Shown here: positions 27,164-35,163 of the stretch, one piece after another
How positions within the stretch are numbered: position 1 is the first letter of the stretch
Layout: each line of letters starts with the position of its first letter
From: an uncultured Mycoplasmatota bacterium
Lineage (GTDB): Bacteria > Bacillota_I > Bacilli_A > RF39 > UBA660
Direction of reading: 5' to 3'
Assembly: GCA_949289505.1 (NCBI GenBank)
Contig: CASEOP010000039.1
Location: 1-35,163 of the forward strand
Length of the DNA stretch: 35,163 bases
Made by a program: the position numbers and the translations under genes
Notes under the pieces: model-generated
What the model was told of the DNA's origin: nothing
The model's database searches: none
The model's input: only the letters and a program-made list of their open reading frames with translations

Positions 27164-28411
27164 ATGAAAAACGTAAAAGAAATAACTATCACAGTTGATG
27201 GTGAATCATGGCAAAAAGCACTTGATAAATCATTCAAAAAAAATAATAAAGAAGTAAAAATTGATGGTTTTAGAAAAGGAACAACGCCTAAAGACCTTTA
27301 TATTAAAAATTTTGGTTTAGAATCTTTATTTATGGACGCAGTTGATTACACAATGGATGAAGCATATAATAAAGCTTTAAAAGAAAATAATTTAATACCA
27401 GTTATTGAACCAAAGGTAGATATTGTAGAAATTAATAAAGACATAGTAACTTTTAAATTTACTATAACAACTAAACCAGAAGTAATTTTAGGTGATTATA
27501 AAAAATTAGATATAAAGAAAGAAGAAGCTAAAGTTTCTAAAGAAGAAATCGAAACAGAAATCAAAAAAATTCGTGATGAATATGCCGAAATTTGTCCAAA
27601 AGAAAATGGCCCTGTTGAAATGGGCGATACTGCCGTAATTGATTTTTTAGGCTATGTTGATGGCAAAGAATTAGAAGGCGGAAAAGGTGAAAATTATCCT
27701 TTAGAAATTGGCTCAAAAATATTTATACCAGGCTTTGAAGAAGGATTAATAGGTATGAATATTGGTGAGAAAAAAGAACTAAACTTGAAATTCCCAAAAG
27801 ATTATGTTGAAAATTTAAAAGGTAAAGATGTAAAATTTGAAGTTACTGTAAGAGAAATAAAGGAAAGAGTAATACCTGAATTAAATGAAGAATTTTATCA
27901 AGACTTAGGCTATGATAATATTAAAACTGAAGAAGAATTTACAAAAGAAGTAGAAAAAGTATTATTAGAAAACAAAAATAAAGCTCTAGAAGATGAATTT
28001 TTAGATAAATGTTTAGAGAAAGCTAGCGAAAATCTAAAAGTTGAAATAAATCCTGAAATAATTGATGACGAAGTTCATAGAATGATTCACCAATTTGAAA
28101 ATCAATTGACAATGCAAGGAATTAAATTAGAAGATTATGCTAAAATAACTGGTATGACTCATGAAAAACTTCATGAACAAATGACTCCAGAAGCTACTAA
28201 GAGAATAAAATATCGTTATTTATTAGAAGCCATTGCTGATGCTGAACAAGTTGATTTTAATGAAGATGAAACTAAAGCTAAAGCAGAAGAAATGGCAAAT
28301 AATTATGGGATTAGTGTAGAAGAACTAATTAATGCCTATGGTTCTTTAGATATAGTTAAATATGATATGAAAATGCATAAAGCGATGGAAATATTAAAAG
28401 AAAATAATTAA
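27164..28411 (+). CDS. tig: trigger factor
   Basis: Ribosome-binding signature GFRKGTTP and an FKBP-type PPIase core (GDTAVIDFLGYVDGKELEGGKG...FIPGFEEGLIGM). The C-terminal arm domain is long, helical and acidic. Confidence 0.95.
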   Translation: MKNVKEITITVDGESWQKALDKSFKKNNKEVKIDGFRKGTTPKDLYIKNFGLESLFMDAVDYTMDEAYNKALKENNLIPVIEPKVDIVEINKDIVTFKFTITTKPEVILGDYKKLDIKKEEAKVSKEEIETEIKKIRDEYAEICPKENGPVEMGDTAVIDFLGYVDGKELEGGKGENYPLEIGSKIFIPGFEEGLIGMNIGEKKELNLKFPKDYVENLKGKDVKFEVTVREIKERVIPELNEEFYQDLGYDNIKTEEEFTKEVEKVLLENKNKALEDEFLDKCLEKASENLKVEINPEIIDDEVHRMIHQFENQLTMQGIKLEDYAKITGMTHEKLHEQMTPEATKRIKYRYLLEAIADAEQVDFNEDETKAKAEEMANNYGISVEELINAYGSLDIVKYDMKMHKAMEILKENN

Positions 28412-28435
28412 GAAGTAAAAACACTTCTTTTTTCT
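28411..28435 (+). terminator. rho-independent terminator after tig
   Basis: AGAAGT pairs with ACTTCT around a 6-nt loop, followed by TTTTTTC. Confidence 0.6.
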
Positions 28436-28484
28436 TTAGTAAAAAACCAGCATATGTTATAATTATTTTAGAAAGAGTGATATT

Positions 28485-29498
28485 ATGACCAATATAAAGT
28501 ATATAATAAAAAGACTTACCAAGTTAGACTATAAAAATATGTTTAATAAAATAAATGAAATTCATCAAAAAACAAAGAAAAGCCGTATAAGTATTTTTAA
28601 TGACATGCGTAAATGTGCCATAAAATACGGAGCAGGTTATTCCGACTATGACTTATATGAGATGTACAATCTAACCGATGAAGAGCGTAATACTTATATT
28701 ACCCGAGGAAGAAACAATATTTTAGTTAAAAAGTATAATAATCCTGAATTCAATTATATTTTTCGTAATAAAGGTGAATTTAATAATAAATTTAAAGAAT
28801 TTATAAAAAGAGATTTTATTGTTGTTAATCAAAGCTCTAAAATAGATGTAATAAACTTTTTAAAAAAGCACGATACTTTTATGGCTAAACCAACAATCGG
28901 TACTTGTGGTAAAGGTATTGAAAAAATAAACACTAAAGATTATAAAACCTTAGAAGAACTATATGCATATTTAACTGAAGATAATAAAAACTACGAGCTA
29001 GAAGAACTAATCAAACAACATAAATCAGTATCAAATATCTATCCTAATTCAATAAATACCGTTAGAATAGTAACAATAGTTGACGATGCAAAAAAAACTC
29101 ATATTATTTGTGCATATTTTCGGATTGGTAATGGTAAATATGTTGATAACTTTAATAGTGGCGGAATGGTAGCGCCCGTTGATGAAAAAACTGGCGAAAT
29201 TATTGATAAAGCTATAGATAAGCAAAAAAATTTATATACGCATCATCCTGCTACAAATAAAACAATCAAAGGCTTTACTTTCTCTGATTGGGATAAAGCA
29301 ATAGAAATGGTAAAAAAAGCGAGTTTAATAGTACCACAAATGCGTTATATAGGCTGGGATGTAGCTTTTAGTGATAAAGGCCCTGTATTAGTTGAAGGAA
29401 ACGAATATCCTGGCCACGATATATATCAATTACCCGAACATACTCCAAACCATATAGGTATATGGCCAAAATTTAACAATATAACTAAAAATAAATAA
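28485..29498 (+). CDS. ATP-grasp ligase of the sugar-transfer-associated / alpha-L-glutamate-ligase-related type (ATPgrasp_ST-like)
   Basis: N-terminal helical region with YGAGYSDYDLYEMY and RNTYITRGRNN. ATP-grasp core: FMAKPTIGTCGKGIEKI, YELEELIKQH, NTVRIVT, ICAYFRIGNGKYVDNFNSGGMVAPVD, and IGWDVAFSDKGPVLVEGNEYPG. An extended -10 (TGtTATAAT) lies at 28455-28463. Confidence 0.68.
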   Translation: MTNIKYIIKRLTKLDYKNMFNKINEIHQKTKKSRISIFNDMRKCAIKYGAGYSDYDLYEMYNLTDEERNTYITRGRNNILVKKYNNPEFNYIFRNKGEFNNKFKEFIKRDFIVVNQSSKIDVINFLKKHDTFMAKPTIGTCGKGIEKINTKDYKTLEELYAYLTEDNKNYELEELIKQHKSVSNIYPNSINTVRIVTIVDDAKKTHIICAYFRIGNGKYVDNFNSGGMVAPVDEKTGEIIDKAIDKQKNLYTHHPATNKTIKGFTFSDWDKAIEMVKKASLIVPQMRYIGWDVAFSDKGPVLVEGNEYPGHDIYQLPEHTPNHIGIWPKFNNITKNK

Positions 29499-29544
29499 GT
29501 AAATGATATTAACAAATATTAGCAAATAATTTAAACAATTTATA

Positions 29545-29573
29545 TAGACAAAAAATTAAAATAATTTTATAAT
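29545..29573 (+). promoter_or_regulatory. candidate sigma-A promoter of lon
   Basis: TAGACA (29545-29550), a 17-nt spacer, then TATAAT (29568-29573). Confidence 0.4.
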
Positions 29574-29606
29574 ATTAAGAAATGTTTGAACGGGAGTGAT
29601 TATTAA

Positions 29607-31904
29607 ATGGAACAATTTTTACCAGTAATGCTTTTAAAAGGATTAATATTACTCCCTAATCAAGAAGTAAAAATTGATTTAAACAATAATCTTAGTAAAG
29701 AAATAGCTAAATTATCTGACAAAGAATTTAACCGCCATGTTTTAATTATCACTCCCCATAATCAAGTTGAAGAAACACCTGAAGTAAATGATATGCCAGA
29801 GGTAGGAGTAATTAGTAAAATAAAAAGTCGAATAGAACTTCCCAATGGAAATGTTAGAATAACTTTAAGAGGTATTAAAAGAGTAAGAATTCTAAATTTT
29901 ATAAATAGTAAAACTAATAATGACATTTTAGAAGCCCAAATTACTGATATTGAATTACCTAAATTTGATAATATAGAACAAAAAGCAATAATTAAAAAAC
30001 TAAATGAATTAGTAAAAGAATATGTAGCAAGTTCAAATCATATCTCAAATAGTATTTTAAATAATATTAAAATAATTGAAGACTTATCAAATTTAACTGA
30101 TACAATCTCCTCATTTATGCCTCTATCTTTTAGTAAAAGGCTAGAATACGTTGAAGAAATAAATGCAATGTATCGAGCTAAAAGTTTACTTAAAGATATT
30201 AAAGTAGAATTAGAAGTTTTAAAATTGGACAAAAAAATTGAAAAAGAGTTAGAAAATAGTTTAGAACAAAGTCAAAAAGAATTTATTTTAAGAGAAAAAG
30301 TTAAAATATTAGAACAAGAATTAGGTGAAGGTAAAAACAATATTGCAAGTACCTACTATGAACAATTAGCCAAATTAAAATTAGACAAAAGTATAAACAA
30401 TAAAATATCTCACGAGATAAAAAAATTAGAATATACTAATGATTTGTCTCCAGAAAGTGCAATGATAAGAAATTATTTAGAATGGATTTTAAATCTACCA
30501 TGGCACAAAGAAACATACCAAAATACTAATTTAGAAAACATTAAAAAACAATTAGATGAACAACACTATGGTTTAGAAGAAATAAAAACCCGTATTCTAG
30601 AATATGTTGCTCTAAGAAATAACAACAGCGAAATTATTAGTCCAATTATATGTCTTGTTGGCCCCCCAGGAGTAGGCAAAACTAGCATTGCTAAACAAAT
30701 AGCTAAAGCTTTAAATCGTAAGTTTTACAAAATAAGTGTTGGTGGCTTAAACGATTCGTCTGAACTTATGGGCCATAGAAGAACATATATGGGTTCAAAT
30801 CCTGGCAAAATCATTCAAGGTTTAAAAAAATGTGGTACTAAAAACCCCGTATTTCTTATTGACGAAATTGACAAATTAACAATAAATAGCAAAGACGATC
30901 CAACCAGTGTATTACTAGATATTCTAGATAAAGAGCAAAATAAAGAATTCATAGATAATTATATTGAAGAAACTTTTGATTTATCACATATTTTCTTTAT
31001 ATTAACAGCTAATAACATTGAAAATATTCCTCTAGCTCTAAAAGACCGTTTAGAATTCATTTATTTATCAAGCTATACAAATTATGAAAAACTAGAAATA
31101 GCTAAAAAGTATCTAATTCCTAAAATACTTACTGAAAATAAAATAAACAATAAAATTATTTCTATAAGTGACGAAATGTTATTATATCTAATATCATCTT
31201 ATACTAATGAAGCCGGCGTAAGAGATTTATATCGAAATTTAGAAAAACTCATGAGAAGACTTGTTTTACAAGGAAAAATAAATGAGCGAACTAAAATTAG
31301 CAAAATACGTTTAAAAGAATATTTAGGTATTCCACAATATGATTCATTAGAAAATAAAAATTATAACCAACCAGGACGAGTAAACTGTCTAGCTATTACT
31401 TCACTAGGTGGAACGATTATTAAAGTGGAATCTGCTATAAGTGAAGGAAAAGGGGATTATATAATAACAGGAATGCTTGGAAAGGTAATGGAAGAATCAA
31501 CTAAAGTCGCATTAAGTTTTATTAAAGCAAACCAAAAAAGTTTTAATTTACATGACTTTTATTTCAACATAAAAGATATTCACCTTCATTTTTTAGCATC
31601 TGCTATAAAAAAAGATGGCCCAAGCGCAGGAGTTGCTATTACAACAAGCATTTTAAGTATAATATTAAATAAAATTATCCCTCAAAACATAGCATTTACT
31701 GGTGAAATATCTTTAAGTGGTGAAATATTAAAAGTAGGAGGAATAAAAGAGAAAATTATAGGTGCTTACAATCATGGTATTGACACAATCTATATTCCTT
31801 ATGCTAATGAACCAAACTTAGAGGAAGTTCCTGTCGAAATTAAAGAAAAACTAAATATTATTTTAGTCAAAAACTATTATGAAATTTTTGAATCTTTATT
31901 CTAA
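29607..31904 (+). CDS. lon: ATP-dependent Lon protease (LonA type)
   Basis: N-terminal LON substrate-binding domain (LPVMLLKGLILLPNQ), Walker A GPPGVGKTS, Walker B VFLIDEIDKL, the catalytic Ser context KDGPSAGVA, and the Lys context GGIKEK. Confidence 0.97.
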   Translation: MEQFLPVMLLKGLILLPNQEVKIDLNNNLSKEIAKLSDKEFNRHVLIITPHNQVEETPEVNDMPEVGVISKIKSRIELPNGNVRITLRGIKRVRILNFINSKTNNDILEAQITDIELPKFDNIEQKAIIKKLNELVKEYVASSNHISNSILNNIKIIEDLSNLTDTISSFMPLSFSKRLEYVEEINAMYRAKSLLKDIKVELEVLKLDKKIEKELENSLEQSQKEFILREKVKILEQELGEGKNNIASTYYEQLAKLKLDKSINNKISHEIKKLEYTNDLSPESAMIRNYLEWILNLPWHKETYQNTNLENIKKQLDEQHYGLEEIKTRILEYVALRNNNSEIISPIICLVGPPGVGKTSIAKQIAKALNRKFYKISVGGLNDSSELMGHRRTYMGSNPGKIIQGLKKCGTKNPVFLIDEIDKLTINSKDDPTSVLLDILDKEQNKEFIDNYIEETFDLSHIFFILTANNIENIPLALKDRLEFIYLSSYTNYEKLEIAKKYLIPKILTENKINNKIISISDEMLLYLISSYTNEAGVRDLYRNLEKLMRRLVLQGKINERTKISKIRLKEYLGIPQYDSLENKNYNQPGRVNCLAITSLGGTIIKVESAISEGKGDYIITGMLGKVMEESTKVALSFIKANQKSFNLHDFYFNIKDIHLHFLASAIKKDGPSAGVAITTSILSIILNKIIPQNIAFTGEISLSGEILKVGGIKEKIIGAYNHGIDTIYIPYANEPNLEEVPVEIKEKLNIILVKNYYEIFESLF

Positions 31905-31920
31905 AAACAATTTATTATAA

Positions 31921-32233
31921 AGTTTAAATGAAACTTTAGAAAAGGGAATTAATAAAATTGAGGGTCAAAATGAAACTTTTATTCGAGGCTTTACTCATGG
32001 ATATAATGGATATACTAGTGGAACTATAAAAGAAAAAAGATTTTTAGAATCTGATTATTTAGAAAGAAGTACAAGTATCAATTTGGCCATATATAAAAAT
32101 GCAAAAAGATAATGGTGAAATTTATTATAAACATTATTATTTAGATTCCAATAATACATTAAATTGTGATGAAATTAGTGAAGATGAATATCTTATAGAA
32201 ACGAATATATATTCACGAAAATTAACTAAATAG
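31921..32233 (+). pseudogene. decayed gene remnant (start-less, frameshifted in an A5 run)
   Basis: Frame 1 (31921-32112) reads SLNETLEKGINKIEGQNETFIRGFTHGYNGYTSGTIKEKRFLESDYLERSTSINLAIYKNAKR* with no start codon. Frame 2 (32099-32233) continues ..KDNGEIYYKHYYLDSNNTLNCDEISEDEYLIETNIYSRKLTK*. Removing one A from the A5 run at 32103-32107 joins the two frames. Open stretches of 63 and 44 codons are unlikely by chance in DNA this AT-rich. Confidence 0.4.
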
Positions 32234-32257
32234 ACTATCAAATATTTAGTTTTTTTA
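32225..32257 (+). terminator. rho-independent terminator after the gene remnant
   Basis: ACTAAATA (32225-32232) pairs with TATTTAGT (32243-32250) around a 10-nt loop, followed by TTTTTTT. Confidence 0.55.
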
Positions 32258-32320
32258 TTAAATAAATTAAAAATGGATTTTTTTTAAAATGTTTAGTATA
32301 ATTTTTGTAGGTGATTTAAA

Positions 32321-33676
32321 ATGAGTATAAAAGACATTTTAGGCATAAGCAATGCTAAATTAATAATTGGTAATGAAAATTATGTATTTAACGGCTTTTC
32401 TAAAGATACTAGAACTATTAAACCTGGTGATACGTATATTGGAATTAAAGGCGAAAATTTTGACGGTAATAAATTTTATTTAGATGCCTTTTTAAAAGGG
32501 GCGGACACATGTATCCTAGAAAATGCGGATATTGATATAGAAACAAAAAAAAAGTTAGAAGGCAAAAATATCATTTTAATTGACAATGCTTTAGAGTTTA
32601 TTATGCAAGCTGCTGAAAAGAAAAGAAGCATGATTAACGTACCCGTAATTGCAATTACAGGAAGTGTAGGTAAAACTAGTACTAAAAATATTGTCGCGGA
32701 CATATTAAAAACAAAATATCACGTATTAAGTACCATAGGTAACGAAAATTCACGTCTAGGTATGTCTCTTCGAATATTAAACTATGCTAATGAAGATTGT
32801 CTAGTACTAGAAATGGGCATGAATCAAGCTGGTGAAATAAAGAAATTATCTCAAATAGCTAAACCAAACTATGCAATTATTACAAATATTGGCACAAGTC
32901 ACATTGGTAATTTAGGTAGTAGAGAAAATATATTAAAAGCAAAGCTTGAAATTCTAGAAGGTTTAAATGGTCCCCTTATAATAAATAATGATAATGACTT
33001 ATTAAATGCTTGGCAAAGCAAAAAGGAATATTCAAACATCATAACTTTTGGCCTTAAAAACAACAGTGATTATAAACCAGAGAATATTACATATCAAAAA
33101 AATGGTACAATATATACTATTAATAATGAAAAAATTACTATCCCCGCTGTGGGTGATGCTTTTATTTACAACTCATTAGTTGCTTTAATTATAGGTAATT
33201 TATTTAATATTGATTATCCAACAATGAAAAAAACTTTAGCTAATCTAAGTTTTGAACCCCATCGAATGCAATTTATTAACACTAAAAATTACACTGTAAT
33301 TGATGATAGTTACAATGCTAGTTATGATTCAATAATATATGCATTAGATGTTTTAAGTCATTTTAATGAACGCAAAATATTAGTTTTAGGCGATATATTT
33401 GAATTAGGAGAATACGAAAAAGAAATTCATAGCAACATTGGTGCAAGCATATCTAGTAATAATATTGATATTTTAGTTACCGTTGGTAGCTTATCAAAAT
33501 ATATTAACGAAACTGCTGAAAAAAATGGGCTTAATAAAAATAACAGTCATCATTTTAATAATAACGATGAAGCTATTACTTTTTTAAAAAACACAATAAA
33601 AGAAAATGATATAATATTAATTAAAGCTAGTCACGCCATGAATTTCACTGAAATTGTAGATAAATTAGTTAAATAA
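32321..33676 (+). CDS. murF: UDP-N-acetylmuramoyl-tripeptide--D-alanyl-D-alanine ligase
   Basis: Mur ligase P-loop ITGSVGKTSTK, EMGMNQAGEI, ITNIGTSHIG, and IDDSYNAS. Confidence 0.93.
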   Translation: MSIKDILGISNAKLIIGNENYVFNGFSKDTRTIKPGDTYIGIKGENFDGNKFYLDAFLKGADTCILENADIDIETKKKLEGKNIILIDNALEFIMQAAEKKRSMINVPVIAITGSVGKTSTKNIVADILKTKYHVLSTIGNENSRLGMSLRILNYANEDCLVLEMGMNQAGEIKKLSQIAKPNYAIITNIGTSHIGNLGSRENILKAKLEILEGLNGPLIINNDNDLLNAWQSKKEYSNIITFGLKNNSDYKPENITYQKNGTIYTINNEKITIPAVGDAFIYNSLVALIIGNLFNIDYPTMKKTLANLSFEPHRMQFINTKNYTVIDDSYNASYDSIIYALDVLSHFNERKILVLGDIFELGEYEKEIHSNIGASISSNNIDILVTVGSLSKYINETAEKNGLNKNNSHHFNNNDEAITFLKNTIKENDIILIKASHAMNFTEIVDKLVK

Positions 33677-33712
33677 AAAAACTTAAAACATAAACTTTAT
33701 TGAGGTGTATTT

Positions 33713-34750
33713 ATGAAATTAGCTATTTTATTTGGTGGCTCATCAAATGAACATGATATATCTATAGCTTCCGCCTGCTCAATAATTAACCATCTTGATG
33801 CAAGTAAATATGAAATTCATGCTCTTTATTTAGATAAAAATAACCAAAGTTACAAAGTAAATTTGCTCCCCGATAACAAAGAAAAAGTGACCACAGAAAC
33901 TATTTTAAAGAACATAGAAAAACTGCCCGATTTCTTTACTTATTTAAAATCTATGAACTGTGTTTTCATCATGATTCATGGCAAAAATGGTGAAGACGGA
34001 ACTATTGCAAGCATACTAAATTTTCTAAACATTCCATATGTAGGCAACGATGTTACTCCTAGCGTAATAACAATGGACAAAATATATACTAAAGACATTT
34101 TAGAATTAAACGGAATTAGAACTGCCAAATATATAAGTTTTTCCCAATATAATGATGAGTATATATATAAAGGCAAAACTTTAAAAAAGAAGGAATTAAT
34201 TGCCAAAATTGAACAAAATATTAATTATCCTATGTTTATAAAACCAGCCAAAAGTGGTTCGTCTATTGGTGTTTTTAAAGTTTTAAATAAAAAAGAATTA
34301 ATACAAGCTATAAAAGAAGCTTTAAAAATAGATAATAGAATATTAATTGAACAAGCTATTGAAGGCAAAGAATTAGAATGTGCCATTTTAGAAAAAAATA
34401 ACTGTGTTAAAGCTAGTTTAGTAGGAGAAATAAAAACCGACAATGAATTTTACAGTTATACCGCTAAATACAACGACCCAACTAGCCAAACGATTATTCC
34501 CGCCATAATACCAAAAGAGATAATGTTAAATATTCAAAACATTGCTATCCAAGCTTTTAAAATTTTAGATTTACACACTTTTAGTCGCATAGATTTTTTC
34601 TTAACCCGAAATAACGAAATTATTTTAAACGAAATTAATTCCATTCCCGGTTTTACAACAATAAGCATGTATCCTAAATTATGGGAAAAAACTCAAATAA
34701 AATACAGCAAATTACTTGATATTTTAATTAATGAAGCTATAAAAAAATAA
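33713..34750 (+). CDS. ddl: D-alanine--D-alanine ligase
   Basis: Contains ILFGGSSNEHDISIAS, HGKNGEDGTIASILNFLNIPYVG, PMFIKPAKSGSSIG, and the ATP-grasp C-terminal NEINSIPGFT. Confidence 0.95.
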   Translation: MKLAILFGGSSNEHDISIASACSIINHLDASKYEIHALYLDKNNQSYKVNLLPDNKEKVTTETILKNIEKLPDFFTYLKSMNCVFIMIHGKNGEDGTIASILNFLNIPYVGNDVTPSVITMDKIYTKDILELNGIRTAKYISFSQYNDEYIYKGKTLKKKELIAKIEQNINYPMFIKPAKSGSSIGVFKVLNKKELIQAIKEALKIDNRILIEQAIEGKELECAILEKNNCVKASLVGEIKTDNEFYSYTAKYNDPTSQTIIPAIIPKEIMLNIQNIAIQAFKILDLHTFSRIDFFLTRNNEIILNEINSIPGFTTISMYPKLWEKTQIKYSKLLDILINEAIKK

Positions 34751-34778
34751 GCGTCGATTTTTGTCGAACGCTTTTTCT
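34749..34778 (+). terminator. rho-independent terminator after ddl
   Basis: AAGCGTCGA pairs with TCGAACGCTT (one bulge), followed by TTTTC. Confidence 0.6.
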
Positions 34779-34812
34779 TGTATTTTAATAAACTTAATAT
34801 TAAAATAAAAGT

Positions 34813-34891
34813 GTAGTTCTGAAATGAATTACCTACACTCCTATAAAAAATATAATTAAATTAGTTTATTATTTAAATATTTCAGAACTAC
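34813..34891. repeat. perfect 13-bp inverted repeat with 53-nt spacer
   Basis: GTAGTTCTGAAAT (34813-34825) and ATTTCAGAACTAC (34879-34891) are exact reverse complements. A competing local hairpin, GTGTAG (34811-34816) with CTACAC (34833-34838), shares the left arm. On the minus strand either structure is followed by a U-rich tract. Confidence 0.6.
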
Positions 34892-34896
34892 CTTAA

Positions 34897-34995
34897 TTAA
34901 CTATATATAGCATATGATATAACAGTTGCAGCAACTGAAGCTATCATAGCTATTAACATAATCCATACAAATACTTTTCTAGCTTTCTTACTCAT
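34897..34995 (-). CDS. small single-TM protein (32 aa), not in the supplied ORF track
   Basis: Hand translation of the minus strand gives MSKKARKVFVWIMLIAMIASVAATVISYAIYS. A GGAG RBS lies 8 nt upstream of the ATG (34993-34995 on the plus-strand numbering). The inverted repeat lies downstream as a likely terminator. Confidence 0.45.
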   Translation of the reverse strand: MSKKARKVFVWIMLIAMIASVAATVISYAIYS

Positions 34996-35100
34996 ATTAT
35001 ATCTCCATTTCTTTATATAATTTATCATATTTTTCTAGCTTTTTCAATATAATTTATTGGTGATAATTTGAAAAATTGTTACAGTTCAGTCAAGGGACTG

Positions 35101-35125
35101 AAAAACAAGTGAGTTTTGCTCACTT
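35101..35125 (-). terminator. terminator-like hairpin, probably ending a minus-strand gene beyond the window edge
   Basis: AAGTGAG (35107-35113) pairs with CTCACTT (35119-35125). On the minus strand it is followed by GTTTTT. A second hairpin, TTCAGTC-AAGG-GACTGAA, lies at 35085-35102. Confidence 0.4.
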
Positions 35126-35163
35126 TTCATTATGCTATGATAGTATCATTATTAAAAGCTGAT

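Noticed and set aside
26986-27237. 83-aa minus-strand ORF spanning the amidoligase end, the tig promoter and the tig start
   Set aside because: It crosses a promoter and two opposite-strand coding ends, and has no RBS.
29499-29606. CIRCE (HrcA) or CtsR operator upstream of lon
   Set aside because: No TTAGCACTC-N9-GAGTGCTAA-like palindrome and no tandem GGTCAAA repeat is present. A single GGTCAAAA at about 31962 lies downstream of lon and has no partner.
30038-30232. 64-aa minus-strand ORF inside lon
   Set aside because: Antisense shadow ORF.
32476-32703. 75-aa minus-strand ORF inside murF
   Set aside because: Antisense shadow ORF across the Mur-ligase P-loop region.
33976-34443. Two minus-strand ORFs (33976-34206, 34225-34443) inside ddl
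   Set aside because: Antisense shadow ORFs within a conserved gene.
1-35163. Alternative genetic code (TGA = Trp) as in Mycoplasma/Spiroplasma
   Set aside because: TGA closes well-defined genes at the expected protein ends (rseP at 3315-3317, ruvA at 5606-5608). Conserved Trp positions use TGG.
1-35163. CRISPR arrays, rRNA genes, IS elements or transposases
   Set aside because: I noticed no regularly spaced direct repeats, no rRNA-like sequence, and no transposase- or integrase-like ORF in any frame.

Overview
This is a 35.2-kb chromosomal window from a very AT-rich Bacillota lineage. Gene content and composition look Erysipelotrichia/Mollicutes-like, but a wall is present (murF, ddl, sortase). 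The standard code 11 applies: TGA terminates rseP and ruvA, and Trp is TGG. Nearly all genes are on the + strand with strong GGAGG-type RBSs.

The core housekeeping backbone is trpS, cdsA-rseP, tRNA-Arg(CCG), ruvA-(HAD)-ruvB, folD-glyA-tmk-like-queA, a yigZ-like gene (-), uvrC, dnaG-sigA-trmK, tig, lon and murF-ddl.

Six blocks interrupt this backbone and are not ordinary housekeeping:
1. An orphan 401-aa gene with its own consensus promoter and terminator, directly after tRNA-Arg.
2. A degenerate RnfC-like/RnfD-like pair with no other rnf genes nearby.
3. A thioester-domain (TQXA-type) adhesin with four SpaA/CnaB-type repeats and an IPKTG sorting signal, overlapping a small dedicated sortase.
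4. A block between trmK and tig: a small protein, a tandem-HTH XRE regulator, a 430-aa membrane-anchored exoprotein, a PilC/GspF-like platform protein with an N-terminal extension, an A24 prepilin peptidase and an Amidoligase_2-like enzyme. The exoprotein carries a pseudopilin-type C-terminal module but has no prepilin cleavage motif. No secretion ATPase or canonical pilin is visible.
5. An ATPgrasp_ST-type ligase between tig and lon, where clpX sits in Bacillus.
6. A decayed gene remnant between lon and murF.

I saw no CRISPR array, rRNA, transposase or integrase. All functional calls rest on motif recognition by eye. No database search was run, and family names for the accessory genes need HMM or structure confirmation.
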